IMG/VR virus record: IMGVR_UViG_3300033076_001104
Length of the DNA: 62,485 bases
Direction: 5' to 3' (one strand)
Origin: an uncultured virus (IMG/VR IMGVR_UViG_3300033076_001104)
Taxonomy: Duplodnaviria; Heunggongvirae; Uroviricota; Caudoviricetes
Under the pieces are notes generated by a model. The model was not told the DNA's origin. It saw nothing but the letters and a program-made list of their open reading frames with translations, and searched no databases. Each line of letters opens with the position of its first letter. Within the stretch, counting starts at the first letter, position 1. Positions 49,868 to 57,964 of this stretch are shown one piece after another. The position numbers and the translations under genes were made by a program.

Positions 49868-49906
49868 AATCTTTTTTATGAATAATATAACATATAAATA
49901 TCAAAT

Positions 49907-49931
49907 AAAAAACCCCAATTTCTTGGGGTTT
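49907..49931 (-). terminator. Intrinsic terminator after hsp20
   Basis: Minus strand AACCCCAA-GAAA-TTGGGGTTTTTT. Confidence 0.8.
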
Positions 49932-49935
49932 CGAT

Positions 49936-50292
49936 TTAGTTTAATGAGATCAACCTTTCAACTGATTTCTTTTTGTCAATTGGTAATTTTAAAAATAACA
50001 CACCATTCTCAACCTTACCTTCGATGTCTTTATCTTTTACATCATCGGGAATCGAATAAGATTTCACAAATGAAGTTACAAAGTGATTGGTTTCGTCTTT
50101 TTCTTCTTTTTCAAACGAAATTCTCAATACACCTTCTTTTGTGGTGATTTTTAAATCGTCTTTAGTTAATCCCGGAACACTCATTTGAATTGAGTATTCT
50201 GTTTCAGACTTATTAATTTTTGTGTCTGGTAATTTCGTAAACCTATCTGTTTCGAAATTTTGGAAAAATGGGTCTTTAAATAATGTAATCAT
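49936..50292 (-). CDS. hsp20: Small heat-shock protein (Hsp20/alpha-crystallin)
   Basis: VPGLTKDDLKI, F.KSY.IP, GKVENGVL.LKLP, C-terminal IxL (LISLN). Confidence 0.9.
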   Translation of the reverse strand: MITLFKDPFFQNFETDRFTKLPDTKINKSETEYSIQMSVPGLTKDDLKITTKEGVLRISFEKEEKDETNHFVTSFVKSYSIPDDVKDKDIEGKVENGVLFLKLPIDKKKSVERLISLN

Positions 50293-50320
50293 AGTTGTAT
50301 TTTTTTTTATATCTTTATTA

Positions 50321-50335
50321 ACAAAATAATTGCCA
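50321..50335 (-). promoter_or_regulatory. Sigma54-like (-24/-12) promoter for hsp20
   Basis: Minus strand TGGCAATTATTTTGT versus consensus TGGCACG-N4-TTGC, with correct spacing. Confidence 0.5.
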
Positions 50336-50390
50336 AATGTCTAAAACTGACATTTAGACATTCGTTAGACATTTTTTTAGACATTTTGTC
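50336..50390. repeat. TTAGACATT operator-like repeat array between hsp20 and clpC
   Basis: TTAGACATT at 50354, 50365 and 50377 (11-12 bp spacing) plus inverted copy AATGTCTAA at 50336. Confidence 0.75.
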
Positions 50391-50394
50391 TTCA

Positions 50395-50426
50395 TTTGGT
50401 TTTTAAAATTTTTTATATTATATTTG
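50395..50426 (+). promoter_or_regulatory. Bacteroidota sigmaA-type promoter for clpC
   Basis: TTTG-N20-TATATTTG. Confidence 0.7.
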
Positions 50427-50449
50427 TACCATAACAAAACTTATAAAAT

Positions 50450-52471
50450 ATGTCTGTAGATTTTTTTGAAGACGGTAATACCACATCTAACCCGAGAAAA
50501 GTTAGAAAAAACAGTGAAACCCCGATATTGGATAACTTTAGTAGAGATTTGACAAGATTGGCGGAGGAAGGAAAGATTGATCCCGTGATTGGTAGGGATA
50601 AAGAGGTTAAAAGGATATCACAAATTTTATCAAGAAAAAAGAAAAACAATGCGGTAATCGTTGGTGATGCTGGTGTTGGTAAATCTGCACTTGTTGAAAA
50701 ATTAGCGTTATCAATTAAAGAAGGCAATTGTCCATCTAGTTTAGTTGATAAACGTGTGGTTTCTTTAGATTTAACATCTTTAGTTGCTGGTACGAAATAT
50801 CGTGGTCAGTTTGAGGAAAGAATTAAAGCAATTCTTAATGAACTTTATGAAGTGAAGAATGTGATTCTTTTTATTGATGAACTTCACACAATGATTGGTG
50901 CAGGTAATGCTAGTGGTTCGATGGATGCTGCTAATATTTTAAAACCCGCATTAGCTAGAGGTGAAATCCAATGTATCGGTGCAACCACTTTTGATGAATA
51001 TAAAAAACATTTGGAAAAGGATTCTGCATTAGTTAGACGATTCCAAAAAATCATTCTAAGTGAACCAGATGAAAAAGAAACAATACAAATCTTAAATAAC
51101 ATTAAAGATTCTTATGAAAATTATCACAAGGTTACATATGAGAACAATGTTATTGAAACCATAGTAAAACTTTCTAAAAAATACATTACCGATAGACAAT
51201 TTCCTGATAAGGCAATTGATATTATGGATGAACTTGGTTCAGAAAAGAAAATATCAAACAAAATGCCCGAATCAATTGAGAAATTGAAAAAGGATGTTGA
51301 TAATGTGAAGGAAAGAAAAATAATGGTTGTTAAGAATCAAGATTATGAACAAGCAGCCAAATTAAGAGACGAAGAGAAAAAGTTGAATCTTAAATTGGAA
51401 AGTGAGAAGAAAAAATGGTTTGACAATTTGAAACACAATAAAGTACCTGTTACGGTTGACAATGTATATGAAATTGTCACAGAAATGACTGGTGTTCCTA
51501 TCACGAAATTGGATGAGAAAGAAACTGAAAAACTTTTGAATATGGAAGAAATTCTTAACTCAAAAGTAATTGGTCAAGACGATGCAATTAAAATTATTTC
51601 TAAATCAATTAGAAGAAATAGAGTTGGAATTAAAGATTCAAATAGACCAATTGGTTCATTCATCTTCTTAGGTTCAACCGGTGTCGGTAAGACGTTCTTA
51701 GCTAAGTCCATTGCAGATTTACTTTTTGGTGACCCTGATAAAATCATTCGTGTCGACATGAGTGAGTTTATGGAAAAACATAATGTTTCTAAATTAATTG
51801 GTTCTCCTCCAGGATATGTCGGATACGATGAGGGTGGACAATTAACTGAAAAAGTAAAAAATAACCCATTCTCGGTTATTTTATTTGATGAGATTGAAAA
51901 GGCACATAAAGATGTGTTTAATTTGTTACTACAAATTTTAGACGAAGGTCATTTAACTGATTCGTTTGGTAGAAAAGTTAATTTCACAAACACAATCATT
52001 ATTATGACATCTAATGTAGGAGCCAAGAAAGTTTCTGAGTTTGGTGGAGGAGTTGGTTTTTCAACTACGTCTTCAGAAAAACAAAAATATGAAGTTCGTA
52101 GAACAATGATTCAAAAATCATTAAAACAACAATTCAACCCTGAATTCCTTAATCGTATTGATGATATCATTTTATTTAATTCATTAGATGAAGATGTTCT
52201 TAAGAAAATTATCACAATTGAAATTGACAAGTTATCTAACCGTTTAAAAGAAAAAAATTACTTTGTGGTTTTTGATAAATCAATATCAAATAGAATATTT
52301 GAATTAAACTCACAAGAAGAATACGGTGCTCGACCAATTAAAAGAATCATTCAAAATCTATGTGAAGATTTTTTAAGTGAAGAAATTTTAAGAGGTACCA
52401 TTGTTGAGGATAAACCTGTTACATTGAAATATAAGGATGATAAATTAGTTTTATCCAAAAAAATGTTATAA
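50450..52471 (+). CDS. clpC: ClpC-like AAA+ ATPase lacking the Clp-N domain
   Basis: Two NBDs (GDAGVGKS / LFIDELH; GSTGVGKT / LFDEIEKAH), KYRGQFEER, UVR-type M-domain QDYEQAAKLRD, VGF ClpP-docking loop, YGARPIKR. Confidence 0.88.
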   Translation: MSVDFFEDGNTTSNPRKVRKNSETPILDNFSRDLTRLAEEGKIDPVIGRDKEVKRISQILSRKKKNNAVIVGDAGVGKSALVEKLALSIKEGNCPSSLVDKRVVSLDLTSLVAGTKYRGQFEERIKAILNELYEVKNVILFIDELHTMIGAGNASGSMDAANILKPALARGEIQCIGATTFDEYKKHLEKDSALVRRFQKIILSEPDEKETIQILNNIKDSYENYHKVTYENNVIETIVKLSKKYITDRQFPDKAIDIMDELGSEKKISNKMPESIEKLKKDVDNVKERKIMVVKNQDYEQAAKLRDEEKKLNLKLESEKKKWFDNLKHNKVPVTVDNVYEIVTEMTGVPITKLDEKETEKLLNMEEILNSKVIGQDDAIKIISKSIRRNRVGIKDSNRPIGSFIFLGSTGVGKTFLAKSIADLLFGDPDKIIRVDMSEFMEKHNVSKLIGSPPGYVGYDEGGQLTEKVKNNPFSVILFDEIEKAHKDVFNLLLQILDEGHLTDSFGRKVNFTNTIIIMTSNVGAKKVSEFGGGVGFSTTSSEKQKYEVRRTMIQKSLKQQFNPEFLNRIDDIILFNSLDEDVLKKIITIEIDKLSNRLKEKNYFVVFDKSISNRIFELNSQEEYGARPIKRIIQNLCEDFLSEEILRGTIVEDKPVTLKYKDDKLVLSKKML

Positions 52472-53193
52472 TGTCTAAATTATGGGTATTCGGAGATTCG
52501 TTCTCTGCACCATTTTATACAGATAAAAATAAAAAGTTTGAAAGTGGGGAGGATTGGGAAACAATATCTTCCCCATTTAATCGTTATTTAAATCACATCA
52601 GAGTAATCCCTAAAACATATTCAGAACTTCTATCTGAAGATTTGGGGGTCGAGTTGATTAATCAATCAATGTCTGGTGGTTCCAACACAACAATTTTTCA
52701 CACGTTTATTAATTCATTACCTTTAATTGAAGATGATGATGTTATAATATTTGGTTGGACTCAAAATTTTAGGTTTAGAATTGCAAACGATGATAATGAA
52801 TTAATTACAATATTAATTGGGGTTTTAGATTTATATCCCCCTAAATCTGAAAATCTTTCTAAACAAACATTACAAGAAATCAGTTTAAATCGGGAAAATT
52901 TCACGGTGCATTATACAGAATTAATAGATTATATTAAACTGATTAATTTTGTTTTAAAAAATAACTCTGTTATCCATTGGACATGGGTACCCCCAACAAA
53001 AGAAGATGATTTTTATGAAAATGCATATTACAATCAACTTGTCCCATTTAAAGAATATAAATCAATAACCGATGAAACAAATGGTGTGATTGTTGATCAT
53101 CATTACGGTTCCAAATCACATTTTGAACTATTTTTAGATTTAAAAAGTCAAATAAATAAAAAATTATCTAAAAAAATAAAAAAATTAATCTAA
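52471..53193 (+). CDS. SGNH/GDSL-like hypothetical protein
   Basis: LWVFGDSFS, N.S..GGSN, DHHYG (DxH-like). Confidence 0.6.
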   Translation: MSKLWVFGDSFSAPFYTDKNKKFESGEDWETISSPFNRYLNHIRVIPKTYSELLSEDLGVELINQSMSGGSNTTIFHTFINSLPLIEDDDVIIFGWTQNFRFRIANDDNELITILIGVLDLYPPKSENLSKQTLQEISLNRENFTVHYTELIDYIKLINFVLKNNSVIHWTWVPPTKEDDFYENAYYNQLVPFKEYKSITDETNGVIVDHHYGSKSHFELFLDLKSQINKKLSKKIKKLI

Positions 53194-53231
53194 ATACTTG
53201 ACTTTTTTCATAAATTATATATATTTATATT

Positions 53232-53336
53232 CTCAGAGGTTCTCTTTGTCGATTACCTTTTCGTTTTTTTTAAAGTAAGTGGAGTTGAATTCACCGAAAG
53301 ACCTTAAAACCCCGACATCCTTGTTGGGGTTTTTTT
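53232..53336 (+). ncRNA. Candidate structured non-coding RNA (about 100 nt)
   Basis: Intergenic, GC-richer than flanks. TATTTATA directly upstream, terminator at the 3' end, and nested stems AGGT..CTTT/AAAGACCT, TTAC(C)TTT/AAAGTAA, GTGGA/TTCAC. Confidence 0.45.
53306..53336 (+). terminator. Intrinsic terminator
   Basis: AAAACCCCGACA-TCCT-TGTTGGGGTTTTTTT. Confidence 0.85.
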
Positions 53337-53385
53337 ATTATTGGATTATTTTGATATGTCGTTTTTTTTATCTATATTTACTATT

Positions 53386-53565
53386 ATGAAAAAATACACA
53401 TTTATTTTTGCTCTTGGTGTTATAGTAACACTATCGGCTTGTGGTAATGGGTCAACCACACCTGAATCAACTGACTCAACAGGTGCACAAGTTGATACAA
53501 CTGCAGTTATTGCAACGGATTCAACCGCACAATCTGTTCCGGATTCAAGTGCGAACGTTAAATAA
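53386..53565 (+). CDS. Small Ser/Thr-rich lipoprotein
   Basis: MKKYTFIFALGVIVTLSA-C lipobox; mature part low-complexity with DST/DTT motifs. Confidence 0.75.
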   Translation: MKKYTFIFALGVIVTLSACGNGSTTPESTDSTGAQVDTTAVIATDSTAQSVPDSSANVK

Positions 53566-53571
53566 GATTAT

Positions 53572-53599
53572 GGGCCAGGTAATCTGGCCCTTAATTTTT
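53572..53599 (+). terminator. Probable terminator hairpin after lipoprotein gene
   Basis: GGGCCAG-GTAAT-CTGGCCC followed by TTAATTTTT. Confidence 0.6.
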
Positions 53600-53612
53600 A
53601 ATTACAAATGTT

Positions 53613-54041
53613 ATGGATACAAATATTGAAAATCAAGGAGATTTAATATTATTGAGGGGTTTACCTGGTTCGGGTAAATCAACATTGGCTTCAATAATTT
53701 TACAAACACCATCAGGTTACGAACCTGAAATTTTATCTGCCGATGACTTCTTTGTTGATAATGACGGTAATTACAATTTTGATGTCACTAAATTAAAAGA
53801 GGCACATAACTATTGTCAATTTAGGTGTTCTGAAAGAATGAGGCAACAAAAATCTAGAATAGTTGTAGCAAACACCTTCACCCAAGAATGGGAAATGGAT
53901 GAATATTTTAAAATGGCAGAAAGATACAATTATAGAGTTCACACTGTAATTGTTGAAAATAGACATGGTAGTGAAAATGTACACGGAGTTCCACAAGACA
54001 AACTCCAACAAATGAAAGATCGTTTTTCAATCAAACTTTGA
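53613..54041 (+). CDS. P-loop polynucleotide-kinase-like protein (AAA_33 / N4BP2-like)
   Basis: LILLRGLPGSGKST, SADDFF, AH..C, VVANTF...WE, NVHGVP. Confidence 0.85.
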   Translation: MDTNIENQGDLILLRGLPGSGKSTLASIILQTPSGYEPEILSADDFFVDNDGNYNFDVTKLKEAHNYCQFRCSERMRQQKSRIVVANTFTQEWEMDEYFKMAERYNYRVHTVIVENRHGSENVHGVPQDKLQQMKDRFSIKL

Positions 54042-54089
54042 TGAGTAAATTCATAGTTTCATATCTCAATACGTCTCCAAAAAAAGAAA

Positions 54090-55133
54090 ATGGGTTTTTT
54101 AAAAGAATTAGAAAAATATTATCAAGATGGTTTGTTATTAAAACAAACACACCCAAATCATGATTTAACTATTTGGAATTATTCACCAAAAGTTCAATAT
54201 GAAAGATTATGGGATAATATTACTATTCAGTGTCGCGGATTGGTGACTAACTCTAAAGGTAAAATCGTTGCTCGACCATTTAAAAAATTTTTTAACTACG
54301 AAGAACACAAACCAGAAGATATTCCAAATGAAGAATTTGTTGTTTACGAAAAACTTGATGGGTCATTAGGTATTCTTTTTAATTATGGGGATGAATGGAT
54401 ATTAGCAACACGTGGTTCATTCACATCACCTCAAGCAATTAAAGGAAAAGAAATTCTAGATAGACACGACATTAGTGCGTGGAGAAAAGACAATACGTAT
54501 TTGTTTGAAATCATCTACCCCGAAAATAGAATTGTTGTTGACTACGGCAACGAAGAGAAACTAGTTGTTATTGGTGCAATTCATACGGAAACCGGTGATG
54601 AGATATCTGATATGGGTTTATCATATATGGGTGAATCAGGATTTGAAATCGTGACAACATATAAGACTTGGGGAGAGGGTTATGATTTACTTAAAGAAGA
54701 AATTAGTAAAGATAAAGAAGGTTATGTAATTCGGTTTAAAAACGGTTTTCGTATGAAAATCAAAGGAGAAGAATATAAACGTTTACATAAAATATTAACT
54801 AACATTTCTAATAGAGATATTTGGGAATATTTGAAAGAAAATAAATCATTTGATGAGGTATTAGATAAAGTCCCTGATGAATTTTATAATTGGGTTAGAG
54901 AAACTGCACGTGATTTAACAATCCGATTTGAGAATATTGATAATGATTATAACGACATTTTCAATTCGATATTTTCATTAACTGAAAGTAAAAAAGATTT
55001 TGCCGAAAAGGCAAAACGTTATCCACACTCATCAATATTATTTGCGATGTATGATGGAAAACCAACACATAAAATTATTTGGAAATTATTATACCCAAAT
55101 TATTCAAAACCATTTAAGAAAGATGAAAATTGA
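54090..55133 (+). CDS. RNA ligase (T4 Rnl1-like)
   Basis: CRGLV, RPF.KFFN, motif I EKLDGSLG, ATRGSF, FEII, EGYVI, KIK..EY. Confidence 0.9.
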   Translation: MGFLKELEKYYQDGLLLKQTHPNHDLTIWNYSPKVQYERLWDNITIQCRGLVTNSKGKIVARPFKKFFNYEEHKPEDIPNEEFVVYEKLDGSLGILFNYGDEWILATRGSFTSPQAIKGKEILDRHDISAWRKDNTYLFEIIYPENRIVVDYGNEEKLVVIGAIHTETGDEISDMGLSYMGESGFEIVTTYKTWGEGYDLLKEEISKDKEGYVIRFKNGFRMKIKGEEYKRLHKILTNISNRDIWEYLKENKSFDEVLDKVPDEFYNWVRETARDLTIRFENIDNDYNDIFNSIFSLTESKKDFAEKAKRYPHSSILFAMYDGKPTHKIIWKLLYPNYSKPFKKDEN

Positions 55134-55605
55134 GAAAAAAAGATTATACTTGGACGATGTAAGAACTCCAATCGCAGAAGATTGGATTGTTGTTCGTAAT
55201 TATGATGAATTTGTTGAACAAATAAAACTACATGGATTGGGTTCTTTTGAAGTAATTTCTTTAGATCACGATTTAGGTGAGAGTGCAATGGTGGAATACT
55301 ACACAAATGTTAAAAATAATTACGAATTAAATTATAACAATATAGATGAGAAAACTGGTATGGATTGTTGTAAATTTTTAGTGAGTGAGAGTATGAATAA
55401 AAACATACCTCTACCACAAATTTATGTACATTCCGCTAACCCAATCGGTAGTGCTAACATGATGGGTTACATTAACAATTATTTTAAAAATTGTAAAACC
55501 CCACAAACATGTATTAGGGTTGAAATAAAACACACAATTCATGAAAGTCATTTATTACCACCCGAAGCAAGGAAGGCAAAATGGGATAAAAGTATAAAGA
55601 AATAA
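55123..55605 (+). CDS. Cyclic-phosphate-processing receiver-like phosphatase
   Basis: LYLDDVRTP, W.VVRNY.EF, ISLDHDLG, KTG.D, VHSANP.G. Start at ATG 55123 overlapping the ligase stop. Confidence 0.8.
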   Translation: MKIEKKRLYLDDVRTPIAEDWIVVRNYDEFVEQIKLHGLGSFEVISLDHDLGESAMVEYYTNVKNNYELNYNNIDEKTGMDCCKFLVSESMNKNIPLPQIYVHSANPIGSANMMGYINNYFKNCKTPQTCIRVEIKHTIHESHLLPPEARKAKWDKSIKK

Positions 55606-55692
55606 ATTTTATATAAAATTTATTATTAAGATATTTTTTTTATCAAAAAAAATTTTTAACTTCGTCCCACTCTAACTCTAAACATTACTAAC

Positions 55693-56007
55693 ATGCCAAA
55701 AACCAAAAACTTTCAAAATTTAACCTTCAAGAAAAAATTTAAATCTTACAATGAATTTCATAACGAGAATAAAAATAAGATTTATAAATCAATTGTTAAC
55801 CTATTCAAAGAGTTCAGTAACACCAATATTAAGTCACTCTCTTTATCAATAGATGCTAATATTGAGGGTATTGAGTGGAATACCGAACTACATTTTAATA
55901 GGAACGAAATTAACGTATTAAAAAAAGATATTATGCCTTATTTTGAAGACATTGAAGATTATGAAATGTGTTCAGAAATCATTAATTTAACAAAAACTAT
56001 TGATTAA
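55693..56007 (+). CDS. Hypothetical protein with C-terminal UVR-like helix
   Basis: YFEDIEDYEMCSEI terminal motif. Confidence 0.55.
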   Translation: MPKTKNFQNLTFKKKFKSYNEFHNENKNKIYKSIVNLFKEFSNTNIKSLSLSIDANIEGIEWNTELHFNRNEINVLKKDIMPYFEDIEDYEMCSEIINLTKTID

Positions 56008-56075
56008 TGGTATTTCTTTCTTTATATTATTCTTAATAAATGAGGTAGTAGGATACTTTTATTTATTTTGTCCAC

Positions 56076-56104
56076 GAACCCCGTTATCTAACGGGGTTCT
56101 TTTT
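56076..56104 (+). terminator. Terminator hairpin between convergent units
   Basis: GAACCCCGTTA-TC-TAACGGGGTTC followed by a T-run. Confidence 0.8.
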
Positions 56105-57552
56105 TATAACATTAATCTTGAACCAACTAAAAAGTTGTGTAACATAGGTATACCGGGTGTTGTGTTAATGTTTACTTTATAATTAAAACTAAACCCAAAT
56201 CTTTTAGTGATTTTATAATCAACACTGGTCCCCACCAAAAAACCTAAATTTTTATTAATATTCGTATAACCCATACTTGGTGCGTATGATATTGGTGATA
56301 ACATTACAAATGTTTGTGGTGAGAATGTTAATTTTTTAGAATACGCATATGGTTTAGTCCAAAACGCAACAAATGAAGAACTGATGTTCACATCTCTTCC
56401 ACTACCATCACCCATGGTTAATAAACCAATACCACCGACATTAAATCCATATGTTCCAATTTTAGGGTCAGGTTTAACGTATGTGTAAGATGACATTAAC
56501 ATCCAAGCACCTTTTAAATAACCAATAGTTGCACCATATGAATGTATACTATTTAATTTACCCTCATCAAATTTCATTTTGGTGTAATTTGTTGAAACGG
56601 CATATTGGTCTAAAGTTGACCAAATCATCGCATTTGCACCATATGACACATCACCAGCCATTGATGATCTACTGATACCCGTTGACACTATTAAATTATA
56701 TGAACCATCGATGCCCTCAGATGTTGTTAAATCTGACGCCAATAAAAGTGGATTCATATTTTGAGATTTCTTTTTTTCTTCTTTCTTCTCTTCCTTTTTC
56801 TCTTCTTTCTTTTCTTCTTTTTTGGATTCTTCTTTCTTTTCTTCTTTTGATTCTGATTTAGATTCCTCTTTCTTTTCTTCTGATTTAGATTCCGATTTCG
56901 ATTCACTTTTATTTTCTGATTTTGATTCAGATGATGATGAACTACTTTCACTCTTCGTTTCGGTTTTACTTTCCGAAGATGAATTCGACGATGATCCACT
57001 ATTTGATGATGAAGATGATGAACTATTCGAAGAAGTTGTTGTTGAACTTCCACTTGTTGTTGAACCCGCAGATGAACTTGCTGCCGAACCTGCAGATGAA
57101 CTTGCGGCAGAACCCGCAGATGAACTTGCTGCCGATGATGCTGATGAACTGGCTGCAGCGGATGCTGACGAACTTGCTGCAGATGACGCTGCAGAAGATG
57201 CCGCTGAACTAGCGGCAGCAGATGCTGCTTGTTGTGTTGCTTGTTGTGCCGCTTGTTGTGTTGCTTGTTGAACTGCCTGTTGTACTACAGGATTTGTTGC
57301 ACAAGATAAATTTGCATAGGTGTTATATACACTTAATAACCAAGTATTCATAATCCCACTTTGTACTTCTAATGGAGTGAATACTTTTATTTGGTTATAA
57401 AAAGAAACCACCGCATTACCATTAACGTATTGTATAGTTGCAACTTTCACCTCACCCGTACACTTATCAACAAATGTTTGGGTCATTGTTTGTCCATTTG
57501 ATTTAAAAACAAAAAGACACATTACCAATAATAAAGATAACCACTTCTTCAT
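56104..57552 (-). CDS. Secreted protein: signal peptide, Ser/Ala/Glu/Lys low-complexity stalk, C-terminal outer-membrane beta-barrel-like domain
   Basis: MKKWLSLLLVMCLFVFKSNG-Q signal; SSSAGSAA and EEKK repeats; alternating amphipathic strands ending NFLVGSRLML. Confidence 0.7.
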   Translation of the reverse strand: MKKWLSLLLVMCLFVFKSNGQTMTQTFVDKCTGEVKVATIQYVNGNAVVSFYNQIKVFTPLEVQSGIMNTWLLSVYNTYANLSCATNPVVQQAVQQATQQAAQQATQQAASAAASSAASSAASSAASSSASAAASSSASSAASSSAGSAASSSAGSAASSSAGSTTSGSSTTTSSNSSSSSSSNSGSSSNSSSESKTETKSESSSSSSESKSENKSESKSESKSEEKKEESKSESKEEKKEESKKEEKKEEKKEEKKEEKKKSQNMNPLLLASDLTTSEGIDGSYNLIVSTGISRSSMAGDVSYGANAMIWSTLDQYAVSTNYTKMKFDEGKLNSIHSYGATIGYLKGAWMLMSSYTYVKPDPKIGTYGFNVGGIGLLTMGDGSGRDVNISSSFVAFWTKPYAYSKKLTFSPQTFVMLSPISYAPSMGYTNINKNLGFLVGTSVDYKITKRFGFSFNYKVNINTTPGIPMLHNFLVGSRLML

Positions 57553-57553
57553 T

Positions 57554-57814
57554 TTAATGTCTACCTCTTTTAGGTATTCTTGGATTACGTGGAATTATTA
57601 TCGGTGATTGTGGTAAAATAAATGGATATGAATAATACGGTCTAACAAAGAAAAATGGTGTCTCAAGATATATGTTTTCACGTACAATTCTTTGTTTTTT
57701 TACCACCGAATCTTTAGGGTCTACATAAATGTATCTAACAGGTGTACAGGAATTTAATAACGTTAGAATTGAAAACGTAATTAAAAAACCCTTAATATTA
57801 CATAACTTTTTCAT
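57554..57814 (-). CDS. Small lipoprotein
   Basis: LTLLNS-C lipobox; Pro/Tyr/Arg-rich tail; late motif 4 nt upstream. Confidence 0.65.
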   Translation of the reverse strand: MKKLCNIKGFLITFSILTLLNSCTPVRYIYVDPKDSVVKKQRIVRENIYLETPFFFVRPYYSYPFILPQSPIIIPRNPRIPKRGRH

Positions 57815-57828
57815 ATTGTATAAATATC

Positions 57829-57855
57829 AAAAAAGGGAGGATTAACCCCCCTTTT
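57829..57855 (-). terminator. Intrinsic terminator
   Basis: Minus strand AAAAGGGGGG-TTAAT-CCTCCCTTTTT. Confidence 0.7.
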
Positions 57856-57958
57856 CGATTTTCTTTAAGATTTCTAAATTTTGTTTTATCAATCTCATTT
57901 TTTTAACACCACTTCTTCTACTTCTCATAGCTCGTGGTTTTTTTACTGCTGTTCCCAT
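57842..57958 (-). CDS. Small basic protein, 38 aa (not in ORF track)
   Basis: MGTAVKKPRAMRSRRSGVKKMRLIKQNLEILKKIEKGG*; starts 6 nt after the CsgG-like stop and ends in the terminator. Confidence 0.55.
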   Translation of the reverse strand: MGTAVKKPRAMRSRRSGVKKMRLIKQNLEILKKIEKGG

Positions 57959-57964
57959 ATTTGT

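Noticed and set aside
53232..53305. Hammerhead ribozyme reading of the ncRNA candidate (contains CGAAA)
   Set aside because: The required CUGANGA core is absent.
55000..55122. N-terminal 41 aa of the 55000..55605 track ORF (likewise the extended starts at 7237, 9553, 30802, 33952, 36154, 36483, 53341)
   Set aside because: These extensions overlap upstream genes or promoters; downstream ATGs fit domain boundaries and gene coupling better.
56754..57271. Several overlapping ORFs in the Ser/Ala/Glu/Lys tract
   Set aside because: Shadows of the low-complexity stalk of 56104..57552.
57842..57958. Possible ribosomal protein bTHX/bS22 identity for the basic peptide
   Set aside because: It lacks the GKGD..T.RGK signature; only general basicity is shared.
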